A stretch of DNA of 63,891 nt, filler included, from Octopus bimaculoides (taxonomy: Eukaryota), in assembly GCF_001194135.2 (NCBI RefSeq). It is 7 parts of 7 records of this genome, joined end to end, with 100 filler letters (N's around TTAATTAATTAA, not from the genome) between each part and the next. Parts side by side here need not be neighbours in the genome. Positions count along the whole stretch, not along the records: positions 28,159 to 54,483 come from NC_068983.1; 6 more parts are not named here. One strand, 5' to 3'. Below, in pieces: positions 38,706 to 52,555 of the stretch (positions are counted from its first letter, which is position 1; each line of letters starts with the position of its first letter). The position numbers were made by a program, and so were the translations under genes. The notes beneath the pieces were generated by a model. The model was not told the DNA's origin, searched no databases, and saw only the letters and a program-made list of their open reading frames with translations.

Positions 38706-41700
38706 ACCATCATCATCATTACCACCAACCAGGAAATCTGTCAGTAGACGTCGGCTAAAACTATTAGCTCAAGTACTTTGAAAATCTTCTAGAAATGAAT
38801 GGTTTCTCAAGGATTTCTGGAGGCTTTTCAAATTACTACTACGGAATACTACCGGTTTGGGGCAAGCTTTTCAGTCAGAGAAGTATCGTCAGTTGGGTGT
38901 ATTCGAGACGTGCGGAGAACTATGAAGCCGAAATTCCATGCTCTCTTTCAGTATTTGAAAATGTTTGTTCTGTGGAGTTGTATCAAAAACTATTAGTGCA
39001 GGTAGAACTGAACATGCCGTCAGCTCAGGTAGATATTGCACCATCTCTCTCTGCTGGCAAGTTGAGGCAGGTAGTTTTCTTCCAATTTACGCAGACTGAT
39101 TGCTTAAGCAAAAGAGGTTTGTGGTGGACGTGCTTGAAATGTTGAGGGCTCTAGTTTACCAGCCTCATCATCAAGAATTTTTACTTAAAGTGGAAAATTA
39201 GGGCGAAGAAGAAGGTTCTACGTTCAAGTAAATTTGATGAAAATCCAGTCTTGGTAAAATAAAATAAATATGACTTGTGAGAGGATCATTCATTTAAATT
39301 TACCTAGAAGTTGCAGTTGGGGAGACTAAGGATCTTGTAGTCTCTTGGTATTCCATTGGTGGAGGTTCAGAACACTTCAAGAATGCGTTTATAATAGTTT
39401 AATCTGTCTTTGATACTGTTACATTTTTGCAACTCTTCCGTCTTAATAAATACAGTCCGTTACGTTCGTTATCATTTTCTAGTTATGTTTGAAAACCTTG
39501 TGGGCAATAAAAAAATCATTAAATTGTTTTTTTTTTTTTCAGTGGTCATATATTTATTGCTCAATTTGACTATACTACCGAGGGGAGTTCTGTGGGTATT
39601 CGGTATGTGTAATATTATATTTTAGTATTGTATTTTATACTATATAGAAAGTTGCCCGTGTAATATGTGCGCAGTGATTAGCCGTGCTCTATTTTTTTGC
39701 ATATTTGTAAGTCCTGGAGTTTTGTGTATTTCACTGTATGTTGTTTATTGGTTCTTTAAAACAAAATTCTTTTTATAGACGATGGGCTAGTTAGTCGTTG
39801 GTATTGGAATGACGGATGATATACTAACCCCATAAATGTTTTCTTCTCCTTTTGCAATGTCCTAGCATAACTAGAAGAGAAACTGCTTGTAGTTTGCTTC
39901 TATTTCTGGTAATCTTTGATCAGTTCTTCTTTCTAAGCCTGTAAGTAAAATCCAGCTCAATTTAGTGCAGTGTTAAATTGCTTTATATTTGAATACATTG
40001 TTTCATTCCTTCATATCTGGGAGAAATAATACCAGTTGACATCTACTTTTGTATGGTCCATTTCAAGAGTGGTTTTCTTGTTTTACAACCCGCTCCATTG
40101 GTATCATTGTATTACTCCAAATTATAATGTTAGATAGGGATTGTAAAACTCTCTCATTCATCCCTGAGGGATGAATGAGAGAGTACGTGAGTTAAACGGT
40201 GATAATATTTTTACTGTTCAAGTGGGATTTTAATGGGGTTTTTGTAACTGTTAATTTTTTTTTTGTTTTTATACTGTCAACTTCCAAAACCACTGAACAT
40301 TTGCAGCTGTTTTCTTTATCAATTTGTTTTATATCCTAACCTGTAAGGGGTCATCGTACGTAATCCATCCTTGTGTCTTCGTTTCATCACTGCTTCTCAA
40401 ACTGTTGCCAGATTTGAAACACGGCGATGAAAAATGTGCATGTATTTCAATCAGTCACAACAGAAGTCAAAGATAGCGTTTCCTTCGAATTTTAGATTTA
40501 TCTTAATGTCTTAGATGGTGAAAATCAGCTGAATGGTTAAGAAAGTTACGTGACATCTAGATCTTAAACTAGCTTTGGAAAAACTTCGACAAATGAATTA
40601 TAGAATTTTAACTGCTTAGAGTAATTGTTGGAGATGCTTTTTCTCGCCTCTACTAGAACATATAGAAATCATTATAGGGAAGACATGTCCGGTATCACAG
40701 CGAATATTCTAAATAAATAGAAAGCTAATTTGGAAATATAAGAAGGGGTTGAATATTAAATCATCAGCACAGAAATAGTTAGAGCTGAAGCCAACTTCTT
40801 TCTCCGCACAAGATATTTTACCTGACACTGTAACTATTCTAATGATCTAAGCAATCTAAGAAACAAACAACAAAGCGGACCATAAGCAGGAAATAAACTT
40901 TAAATCGTGAAGGATGTCAAATTCTCCAAACAACGTCCACTTAACATCAATAAAACACCTTAACAGCTATGATATTTAAGTCGATTCTCTATTCCTCTAT
41001 GACGTACATTATATTGAAAAAGGGCGGAGTCTACATTTGTTAAAGAAGCCGTTAGTAGTGTGCATGGAGAACTGTCTAGAATTATGTGTACTTTTCTATT
41101 TATATTATATATTACATTTTAGAACTAATAGTGTCAGGGATAGTTGCAGTACTTGGGCGTTACCCTCGATTGAGCAAATCGTAGATCTGTTGTATGTTAA
41201 GTTAGATCCATTATAAGCTTGTATCATTGATTGCTGAAATGTTTTCTTTTTTTATTTCTTGCTTTATAAGTGATGTATATTTATAAGTTAGTGCAAAAGA
41301 CAAACGAACAAAAAGATGGTTTATTGAGAACTATTACCTTTTCAGAAATAGCAGAAAGCTGGAATAAAGCCCTGCACCGTTTGGTTTCATTCCTCATAGT
41401 TAAAGACCGGCCACATCGATTTTATTATCATCCCATCGGAATCAATAAAATGATTGCCTCGAACCAACAAGGGAACGTCTACGTGGTCACCTAATCTTCC
41501 AGAAATAGCACCCATTTCTCCTTCAATCCTACCTCACTTCTTAAAAAAGAGACGGATCAGAAAAGATAATGTAGTACTAGATAGCCATCCACCAACACGA
41601 CTGTATGGATTGCTTTTGAATATATGTTTGCGCGATCAGGGTTGAATGAAACAAAAATTACAATGGGCTTCTCCAGTTTTCTGCTTATTAAGTTCACTCA

Positions 41701-42635
41701 CATAACATTTGTTGGCCAGTAGCAACAGTAACGTTTATTCTAAATATCAAACACATTTAGGATAAGGAAATTACTAAACAGATTACTGTTGTCGTACTTT
41801 AGTCTAATGTCATCCCTGATTGGACACAATTATGATCAAAAGACATTCGGGCTGATCACATTGAATATTTTATTCGGCCATAATGCATCTACAATAAAAT
41901 TACCCAATATGTCTCTTCACTTTTACGATGGTAGAATATGATTTGAAGATTTGGTATGTTTCTAGCAGGTCTAGCGTTCGTTGCGAGTCGCCTACGTTGG
42001 CCGGTGCTCAAGTTATAAAATTCTAAAATGCAGTTGTTTTAAGACTTGCCGCAAGTTAATTATTTATCATTTACTATAAGTTAATTTGATTGACCTTATA
42101 CTCATTGTCTACAGAAATAGCCTTCAACCTAATCCAAAGAATTTAATATTTGTTTTATTCATAATTTTTGGCTGTTATTTATTAGTGGATTGTTAGTTCA
42201 GATTTTATATTATTATGTAATAGAATTGTTTTCTTTTTGCTTAGTGGACTTATTAGTAAACCAATAAACTCTTAATGCTTACTGCAATTCTTACTGTAAT
42301 GTTAGCTAGACTAGTTAACTGTTTTATTTTATGTAAAGGCGGGGGATAAGCAGAATCATTAGAGAGTCAAACAAAATGTCTTTCCATATTTATCCAATTT
42401 TTGCATACTTAGTTCATTTCCTGTCGACGTCAAGATTGCCTTTCATTCTTCCGGAGTCGATGAAACAATGACCTAGAGAAGCGCTTGGAGCAATTTGAGT
42501 GCCGATTTGTGACAACATGTAGTGAACTAGCTTGGTACATGAGAGTCCAAACCTCGCTCAACGGTGGGGATCTGGTGACAGATGAATGGCACACTGGTGA
42601 GTGCACTACTGTCACATCAATATTATCTATTTGTA

Positions 42636-42836
42636 GGCAGCGAGTTGGCAGAATCGTTAGCGACGTCAGGCAAAATGCTCAGTGACATTTCGTCCGTCTT
42701 CATGTTCTGAGTTCAAATTCCGCCCAGGTAGATTTCAGGGGTCAATAAAATAAGTAATAGCTGAATACCGGTGTTGATGTTATCGTCTTATCCCCTTCCC
42801 CAAAGCTGCAAGGCTTGCGCTAAAATTTGAAATCAG
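42636..42836 (+). mobile_element. SINE family A with 15-bp TSD
   Basis: TSD tattatctatttgta at 42621-42635 and 42837-42851; internal deletion in the core. Confidence 0.9.
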
Positions 42837-43342
42837 TATTATCTATTTGTAACACTATATTACCGCCAACAAAACACGCACACTATAAAGAGGTACACAA
42901 TGCACACGGACATGCTATATACACGCACTCACTTCATGTCAGTTACCCATACATACACATACTCTCATGAATGAACATTAATAAAAGGAATAATGCAAAA
43001 TAAAATAAATGTTTTATTTTAAGCACTATTAGACAATAGTTTCTTACACTTTTTTCAATTAAATTAACAGAATTATTCGTTTTATTTGATTGGCATTTAT
43101 CCAATTTGCCAATAGATTTCGTGGGGTTCCAGCCACAGTACATTGCCCAGACACGCATGCCATGTTCCTTAGTTCCTCTGTATAAGTTTTGTAGTGTGCC
43201 AGGTGAATGCTAGCCTTCAACTGAAACCTACTCCATTTCTGAAAGGAAGAGATGCAGTTAATGGAACCCAACAACCTTCTCACAGCGATGTGTAAGTGAT
43301 TCAAAGAGAGCGAAAGAGAAGGAGGGGATGGAGGGAAAGAGA

Positions 43343-43440
<98 letters not shown>

Positions 43441-45139
43441 AAGAAGACTTGTCCCAGAACTTGATTTGTGCATTATCGATCTTAGAAGAATAACAGGCAA
43501 ACAGCCGAAACAACTACCGCAAAGTATTTGTCCGATATTCTAACGATTCTGTCGATTGATTAGCCTAAACTAGATGCATCATACCTGAAAAGAATGCGGG
43601 AACGGGTGGTCACCTCTGGAAAGCCTTTGATTATAGATCTCTTCAGTCAGGACAGACTCGAGACCAGGAAACAAGAAAATAAAACAAAACAAACAAGCTT
43701 TATTAGAATCTACACTTGAAAAGTAAGTATTTGTGTGAACGTCTAGTTGAAACTCTACCGGATGTGGGACTATAAAAGAGTTTATTTCCTCATTACTATA
43801 TCTCTTATATAATGACGTCATTTAATATGATCATACTAAAGGTGTTGTTATTGTTTTTGTCATCAGCTAAATATTTTTTCCGCTTTGCTCAGCTACTCAT
43901 ATACCAATGTAAAAAAATTATACATGATGGCATGAGATACATTATTTATTTTTGAGATAACCGAACAATGCTTTTATAAAAACTAAATCAATATCTATAT
44001 TTACCAATTTGTTGAAGGGAATGTCATGTACTCCAGGCAACCTGACCTCACACCAACACAACTTAACCTCAGTCCTACCCATAAATTGACCTCACTCCCA
44101 CGATTAGGGAAAGCGAGACTCTGTGACCTCTGCGACTTCGTTTTTCTTTATGCAAGTATAATATAACAAGTGATACAGTTCAACTTTCTTTCCTTCACCA
44201 CAATACTTTTATTCATCACGAAGACAAATCATTATAAAAAGGTGTAACCTGTTCAATAGAAGTAAAAAAAAAAAAAAGATACTGCACTGACTTTCCTCAT
44301 GCTACTTTTTGTAGCACACCTATTTTTTTATTATTTTTTTCTTTTAGCTGATTTTGTTTCTTAAAAGTTATTGTTGCAAATATTCTCATTACTCGATATA
44401 GATAGTACTTACTTCAAGAAAACTCATTCTAAGTTTGATTTAGTACTTTAGAATGAGAACAACACGGAATGAATTTAGAACAATAGAGCGAATGCGTAGG
44501 GGGACACCGTTTCTCTTGATGACTCCTACATAAATATTTTTCTCTCGTTTACTCACTCTTGTTTAGATCAAAGCATAAGGTGGTTAACTGAATAGAAAGA
44601 CACATGGTGTACCCTTAGCGGTCTGCTATCGTAGGGGAGACGATGCCTCCAATGTTATGTTAAGGCTGGATTGGAAGTTTGAAATCTAAACCAAAGACTA
44701 AAAAAGATGTTGTACAGAATAAACGTGTTTCATATTTCTTTTTTTATTATCTACGTATCTTAGAATTTTTATCTTAGAATTTCATTTACTTAAAATGATA
44801 CTGTGACGATTCGAAAAAAGTGTGTATCTGAATCTTTTAAATTCTGAACTTATTCAAAGTCAAAATGATCTAGTGCCCAATTGTTTATCGAATTATTTAT
44901 ATTTTTTTCTGATGAGGAAAAAATGGGTGCCATTACCTTTAGGCATTAATGTACTTGTAATTATGATGCGAATGATGCCCAGTATCAAAATCAATGTCGG
45001 CAAAAAATGAAGAAAAAATGTAGGTGGACAGAAACCCGAGAGTCCCGCCAAAATACTTGCAATAGATTGCAACAGGGTACAACAGTGTGAGTAATGCTAC
45101 AGGCACCTAGGGACAAGATGATCTTATATCGGACGACGA

Positions 45140-45305
45140 GTCAGTCTGCTATCCAAGAATAGAAACCCTTCCTCCGACGAGCTTCCCCGCAGTTTCCGTC
45201 TACCAAAATTCATTCACAGGAATTTGAGTGATTCGAGGCTATGGCAAAACATATTTTTAAAAATCGCACCTTCAGAATGAACCCGAAGCCATGTAGTTTG
45301 CGTCA
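45140..45305 (-). mobile_element. SINE family B-related fragment
   Basis: gtttccgtctaccaaaattc is the reverse complement of the family B core (tttggtagacggaaac). Confidence 0.55.
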
Positions 45306-45361
45306 AGTCTCCGCCCATTTCTGAGGAATCGATTCACATGTATTTCATCGGATACAAATAC

Positions 45362-46150
45362 ATTTCTTTTATTAGCCACACAGGGCTCAACGAAGATGGG
45401 ACAAATACAATGTAGAGCTTTTCTTTTTGGGAGGGGAAAGGAAGGAAAAAAAANNNNNNNNNNNNNNNNNNNNNNNNNNNNNNNNNNNNNNNNNNNNNNN
45501 NNNNNNNNNNNNNNNNNNNNNNNNNNNNNNNNNNNNNNNNNNNNNNNNNNNNNNNNNNNNNNNNNNNNNNNNNNNNNNNNNNNNNNNNNNNNNNNNNNNN
45601 NNNNNNNNNNNNNNNTCGATCAAAAGGGATCGTAGGAAGGGAAAAAGGGGCAGTTCGATCAAAAGGGATCGAAAAAAAAGAAAAAGAAAGGCCGATCAAT
45701 AGGGATCGTGTATCACACAGTAATGTTCTCGTGTAAAAAGAGGGGAGGACAGTTTAGGTTTAGCCGTGGAAGGAAAAGCCCACGGAAAAGACCACGGTAA
45801 CCTTGGTCAATATTCTCATTGAAGAAACTATAACAGTAAGTGACTCTCTTTTGCCTTTTTGTTTTATTTTTATTTTTTCTTGTTCATAGGGTTATGCTCA
45901 AGATGGATCCGTCGTTCACACGTGCCATCCTTGCTACATTCACCCATCTTTTTTTGAAGCATTCACTAGACAAGACTTCCCTTTCTACTCTCAACTTCCT
46001 CTTCAGGTGATACTTGAAGAAGTTGATGAGAGATTGCCCAGAGAGGAAAGTCTTTGTCTCTAGACCTTTCAGACGCGTCCACCATACACATTCTTTCGCC
46101 ATAGCCACAAGTACGATGAAAATAGCTCTTCCTTCCCGTTTGAAGGAAGG
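45362..46150 (-). mobile_element. Tx1-clade LINE 3' fragment, second subfamily
   Basis: AIFIVLVAMAKECVWWTRLKG..FFKYHLKRKLRVEREVLSS..F.KRW. The 3' end is tgtatttgtcccatc...ccctgtgtggctaataaaagaaat. Confidence 0.85.
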
Positions 46151-46290
46151 AGGCATCGGATACAAATAAACAATACGAACTATTGGTGAAAAATATCGGG
46201 TATCAGCTGGAGTTCACACATTCTGGTTTAAAAAGAAAAAAAAACCTAACGCTTTCATGCATGAACCAAATAGACTATAAACACACCCTG

Positions 46291-46352
46291 TATGTAAGAT
46301 CACTTCCAATCACTGCTATGCGAGATCACTTGATTGGAAGTGATCTTGCATA
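46291..46352. other. 62-nt hairpin, 22-bp stem with one mismatch
   Basis: tatgtaagatcacttccaatca [18 nt] tgattggaagtgatcttgcata. Confidence 0.8.
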
Positions 46353-46885
46353 GGAGCAAGAAGCTGAAATAGAAACCGGGTTGGGATAAACATCAATGTT
46401 TACTATGAAATTTGGATTCATGTGCAACTTATTTGGAAATGGATGCAACGCGTTTAATTAAATAATAAATAATAAATAATTTATAATATATATATATATA
46501 TAAGAGGAATGACCACTAGGTGGATTCCTAATATGCTAAAGGTAGGCCGCATATGGTCTGACCACTAAGGAAAATTGTTCTCAAGAAAATTCGGCAAACA
46601 CCAGAAAGTAAAGCGAGCAAGACAAATGCAAAGATACAAAATATAGGGATTTATCAAATACCATGGTTCCATTGTTACCATTTACATTATGTAAATGTCT
46701 GCAGATCCTCAGTGTGACCGTCATGGAAAATATAATTTGCAGAACTATACACGAGACGTCCTCTCGAGAGAGAACATACGTACAGTTTTATCAATTATAT
46801 TTGGGGGTATATTTCAAATGTCTTCGTTTTGGCGCGCCGAAGCCGGAAATGACTCTGCAGAAAATAATTTTCTGCATCGAATTTA

Positions 46886-46993
<108 letters not shown>

Positions 46994-47329
46994 CATATAT
47001 GTTTACAAGACGTCATCAACTGTGCAAATAACATGAAATACGTAAACAAACGAGGGAAAAACGAATGATATACGTAAACAACAAGAAAATAAATGGAAAA
47101 CAGAACAAGTTAACACAGAGAAAGGACCCTTTATCAGTTGTCAGCTGTCTTTCTATTCCTCGTTTCGAGCATTCAGCGACAATATGAGTCTTTAAAGACA
47201 GTTGCTCCTATAAATTCTAAAACACACACACATATACACACACACACATATATACACATACATACGTACACACACACACACACACACACACGTACATGCA
47301 TTCATATATACATACTTACATACATACAT

Positions 47330-50253
47330 TCGAAGCGATAAGTCACGTATTTGGCGTGGGAGACTATTTATCGAAAATACGATGAATACTATCTCCAACT
47401 TTGGAGCCACAACTATCAGCCTTGTTAAATAACTGGTTAATCTTCAGATGAATTAACTAAGGGAGCCTTTTATTTACGATTGTAGTGATTTTCGACTGAA
47501 ACATGAACTTAGCATGCAGAGAGTTACTACAAACAACTTGACTGGACACAACATAAACAACAACATAATCGAGGAACAGAACGAAAACAACAGCTCAACA
47601 GGTAAACAAATTCTTTCTAGCTGTAGTTATAGAAGAAACCGTAACTACAAAACTCATTTCTCTTGAATAATGATCTGTTTTACTGCTACGAAAAAGCGAA
47701 ACAAAACCCCGCTGTTGGTTATATGAAACGATTGAAATCATACTGGGACGATCTGCATCCAGAATTAAATCATTTTACTGCGAAGCAACAACGTCAACAA
47801 ACGACATTTGTAGAATATAGAAAGAAGGTTAGTAACTGTAACTTTATTAAGAAATCGAAAATTAACCTCCTTCCCAACTCTATAAACAAAAACGAAAACA
47901 TGAATGATATAGGGCCACGACGTGGTTTCGCAGCTAGTGACATTCCAATATATTCTATAGTGCCTGCCAGTCAAACTACGTTACTGGCTTAAATAATTGA
48001 CCACTGTTCCCCTACTACGACTATAGTAAATAATAGGCACAACCGCAACGATTATTGTAGTAGTAGTGGTAGTCAGGATTATATGCCAGTGAAATGTGCC
48101 CTTACTGAAATTTTCCGAGAAAAAATGACTGTGACTTTGAAGGACTCTCGAAGAGAGAGTATTCTTTACCAAACTAAGTAAAAATCCACCAGATACGGTA
48201 TTAAAAGCTATTAACGAAATTGGTGATGAGTATTTACAACAGTGTGATGAACCCACATACTGGCAGATTAACGCCTGTCTATATGCTCTGGCTACTTCTG
48301 TAAAACAGTACATGAATGATATTCAAAAAGTAATCAATACCGAATTAACAAAGAAAGTACCATCATGGGTTTTGAAGGCAGAAGAAAAGATAACTGGTCT
48401 ACGAAAGACCATCAGTCATGTAATGATGCTTATTGTATGCAAACAAGCAAATCACTATATGTCCCACCATCAGAAAATAAAGAAGGAGATAGAAATGATG
48501 TTTGGAGACTCACTAGCAAACTGATTTCCTTAGAGCAGGAGCTAAAAGCTGTCAGTGAAAAACTCCGACGTGAGAGGAGAATAACTGAGATAAGAACAAT
48601 AAACAAAAAATTTAATCGCAACCAGATAGCAATATACAGAGACATGAGAGGAGGAGCAGTAGATATTACTGAAGCTCCTTTACGAGAAAACATAGACTCC
48701 TTCTGGAGGAAAATCTGGAGTGAAGAGAAGGAATTTAACCAAGATGCTCTGTGGCTGGAAGAAATCCAAAAAAGTTATTGCTCCTGCATTACATCCACAA
48801 CATACAATATTGATGGTGAGACTCTTGCAACTGTGATCCAGAAACTCCAGGATGGAAAAACACCTGGAAGAGACTTGATTGTTGGATATTGGTACAAAAA
48901 GCTAACATTCTCCCGTCCATATATTATCATTCTGTACCAGCAAGCTTTTATTGGGAACAGTAGCATACCACATTGGTTAGCTCTGGCAGAGACAAAATTG
49001 ATCTCCAAATGCAGAACCACCCACATGGCAAAAAACTACCGGCCAATTGCATTCCAGAACTTAATGTATAAAATATATACAGCATGTTTAAACCTCTTCC
49101 TCCAGGACCATTGTGAAACTAATAACATTTATCACAGCAGAACAAGCAGCTGGGAAGAAGGGAGTCTGGGGATGTGCCGAGCAATTGCTAATCAACAAAA
49201 CTGTGATGTCAGAGGTGCGAGAGCATAGGAGGAACCTAGTTTCAATGTGGCTAGATTACAAGAAAGCTTTGACTTTATTCCCCACTCATGGATGCTAGAA
49301 GCCCTTCAACTTGCTAAAGTTCCAGTGAGAATAGTCAAAGCCATACCTGACCTGACTTCATCGTGGCCACCATCTTGGAATTAGACACAAAGAGTGACTG
49401 TATTATCAGAGATAGAATACAATATCGCAAAGGCATATTCCAAGGAGACAGCCTCTCTCTGTTGTTATTTATACTCTCTGTAAACCCCTTGTTATTCATG
49501 TTAAGGAAGTCTGAAGGGTATCTCACTGGTTCACAAGGAAACAGAAATACCAAAATTACAGACTGGTTCTTTGCTGATGACTTAAAACTTTATGCAAAGA
49601 ATATGCATGAGATGAAAAAGAGCCTTCACCTAGTTACAACATTCTCAAAGGATGTAGGGATGGAGTTAGGTCAAAGTAAATGTTGTTATATGGTTGTGAA
49701 AAGGGAGAAAACTATAAACCAGACTAGTAACATGCCCATTAATGATTTGACTGTTTCCCTTGTATCTGAGGAGGAATGTTACAAGTATCTAGGGGTGGAT
49801 GAAAATATATCTTAGAGTGGCACCTGTAACAAAACATGTGTCACTAAAGAATATTACAACCGAATAAAGAAAATTTGAATATCAGAACTCTCTGCATTCA
49901 ATAAAACAGTGGCCCGCAGTGTGTTTGCAGTGCCAGTACTCATACCAACATTTGGGCTGCTTGTCGGAAGGATAATCTCGAGGACAAATTAATAAGAACC
50001 CACAATATGGTAGTAGCCATAGCCACTCATAATAAAAAGGAGTGCTGGTGGAATGTACCAGTGAAGACCTCAATAAAATGGAAGCACAACAGACTGATAT
50101 GATGATTTGGGATAGAGAAGAGAAACTGTGCATAGTTGTGGAAATTAGCTGCCCAGCGGATGTTAAAATAAAGCTGAAGATCAGTGAAAAAGAGAACACC
50201 TATGCTGAACTATTGAGAAATCTGCAGTTACTCTATCCAGATTACAAGTTCAG
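47330..50253 (+). mobile_element. R4/Dong-clade non-LTR retrotransposon, copy 1 (degenerate, internal deletion, 3'-truncated)
   Basis: N-terminal GYMKRLKSYWD.LHP motif; RT motifs KTPGRD, NYRPIA..NLMYK, QAAGKKGVWGCAEQLLINK, WLDYKKA, GIFQGDSLS, FFADDLKLY, YKYLG; RLE motif D.MIWDREEK..VEISCP. Bounded by ATAC repeats. Confidence 0.9.
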
Positions 50254-50319
50254 TTTATACATACATACATACATACATACATACATACATACATACATAC
50301 ATACATACATACATAAATA

Positions 50320-52230
50320 CGAGCCAGTATCAATCACAAGTTGCTTCCAACCCAGAAGCATTATACAGAGATGAGGAAGGAAAATATTACCATTAAGAAA
50401 GCTTCCTCGCAAGAAGATCTACAATCATTCTGGTAAAAAAATTGGAGCGAAAAGAGGGATTTCAACCTGAATGCATCATGGTTAAATGCAATTGAGAGAA
50501 TACTGTACCAACACTAACAGTAAAACATACAAAATTGATGCAGAAACCTTCGCTATAGCAGTAGGAAAGCTGCAGAATAGGAAGGCACATGAAAGGGACC
50601 TAATAGTTGAAAATTAGTACAAGAAGCTGACATTTTATAGAAACCAGTTGATATGTATATTCAAAAGGACTAAGTAAAGACAGACTGATATACCAAATTG
50701 GTTTGCTACAGCAAGGACAAATCTTGTTGCCAAACACGAAATCACCGAGATGGCAGGAAACTACAGGTTCATTGCTTGCCTAAACATTATGTACAAACTG
50801 TACGCAAGTTGCCTCAACCAATTCCTCCAGGACCATTGTGAGTCAAACAACATTGTGACTGATGAACAGGATGATGGAAAGAAGGGAATGTGGGGATGTG
50901 CCGAACAACTTTTAATAAACAAAGCTGTACTATCTGAAGTAAGAAAACAACGCAGAAACGTTGTGACAGTAAGACTTGACTTCAAGAAAGCATTCGACTC
51001 TATCCCTCATTCATGGCTGTTGGAAGTGCCTACATCTGGCAAAGGTAACTACTACTTTAATTACTGCGATAGAGAGACTCACAAAACATGGACAATTATT
51101 CTTACCCTCACAGCTGAGAACAGAATAATTGTTTCTAATAATATAGGCATTACAAAGGGAATATTCCAGGGAGATAGTCTTTTTGTACTTCTTTTCATTT
51201 TGGCACTGAATCCATTATCGTTCCTACTGCAGAAAACAAATGGTTACATGCTAGGATCTTCAACTGCCAGAAATATCAATGTAACTCATAATTTCTTTGT
51301 AGACGACCTGAAGATGTATGCTAAAAGTGTTAACAAAGCCAAAATAATAACTGGAATTAATAACATTTTCAGTTGATACAGGCATAGAATTTGGCCAAAA
51401 GAAATGTTCATATTTGGTTATAGAACGAGGGAAGTCAGTCCCCCAGACCCAAACCTGTGTATCAACTGTCTCTCTATCTCCCCCATTCCACACAAAAGAA
51501 TGTTACAAGTTCCTAGGCATAGATGAAAATGTATCATATGAAGGCACTGTGAATGAAGACAGAGTGACCCGAGAATATTTCACTAGACTTAGGAAAATAT
51601 GGCAGTCGGAACTTTCCTCTTATAACAAAGCACTATGCCACAATGAATTTGTAGTATCAGTGTTGATCCCATCATTTGGGATACTTGATTGGTCTGTAGA
51701 GGAAATCCACTCCATAGATATCAAAACCCGCAAAATCCTGACAACAACTGGGAACTTCCACAAAATTAGTGATGTTGACAGGCTCTACCTAAGACAAAAT
51801 GAAGGTGGTAGAGGCCTGAATTAAGTGCAGACGGCCTTCGAATGCCGTATGGTATAACTCAGGCAGCACCTGCTAAACAACAGCAAAAATAAATATATTA
51901 ATGCAGTCCTGAAAAATGAAGTGAGCAACATGGTACGAGTTGGTACTCCTCAAGAAACACTCTCTTCCTGATGATCTCCTATACAGTTCCAACACAGCTG
52001 GGCTCTCTTACCTCAGAGAAAACATGGATGGAAAGCACTCAGCATACAAAAAAAGACCATGCATGGGTATGTTTCACGGAGCTTGAAGAAGAGAGTGGAA
52101 GTGACACGAAGCGCAGCCTCTCTTGGACACAAGACCACTGGAACAGGAGATTGCCACAAATTACCTCGTGAGCAAGAGAGACAGTGACGATCTTGTAATC
52201 CCAAGGTGCAAACGCATGTGTAGGCTATGT
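50320..52230 (+). mobile_element. R4/Dong-clade element, copy 2 (5'-truncated, ends at the CRLC zinc knuckle)
   Basis: NYRFIACLNIMYK, KGMWGCAEQLLINK, DFKKAFDSIPH, GIFQGDSL, FFVDDLK, YKFLGIDE, RLYL...GGRGL, EQEIATNYL..KRD..CKRMCRLC. Confidence 0.9.
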
Positions 52231-52555
52231 ATACATATATGTATACATACATGTCTACATACATACACACGCACCCCGCCCCATATATATATCCCTTTAA
52301 TTTGTTCAGGGTGTAGCACATCTGAAACAAAACTAAGTTACAAACTAAAAGCAGTTCAAATAATGGTCTAGGACATACGGTGTTCTTCAACATTCGGCGC
52401 CGTGTAGGAAACTTTCCCTGGACACTATTTCGTAACGAATGGGCGTATAAACAAAAGACATGCATTATGTATGTGCAGCCGATATTTACATTACTGCATG
52501 AAATTACATACATATATACACATACATGCATACATACATACATACATACATACAT

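Noticed and set aside
38760-39400. Complex sequence possibly derived from a Penelope/LINE ORF
   Set aside because: No intact diagnostic motif could be read in any frame.
41380-41560. Faint mariner-like motifs (..RPH.., WSPNLPEIAP)
   Set aside because: Too degenerate to support a call without an HMM search.
47125-47175. ctgataaaggg and cgaaacgag words on the minus strand
   Set aside because: Core is mutated, the order is wrong for type I, and no supporting stems were found.
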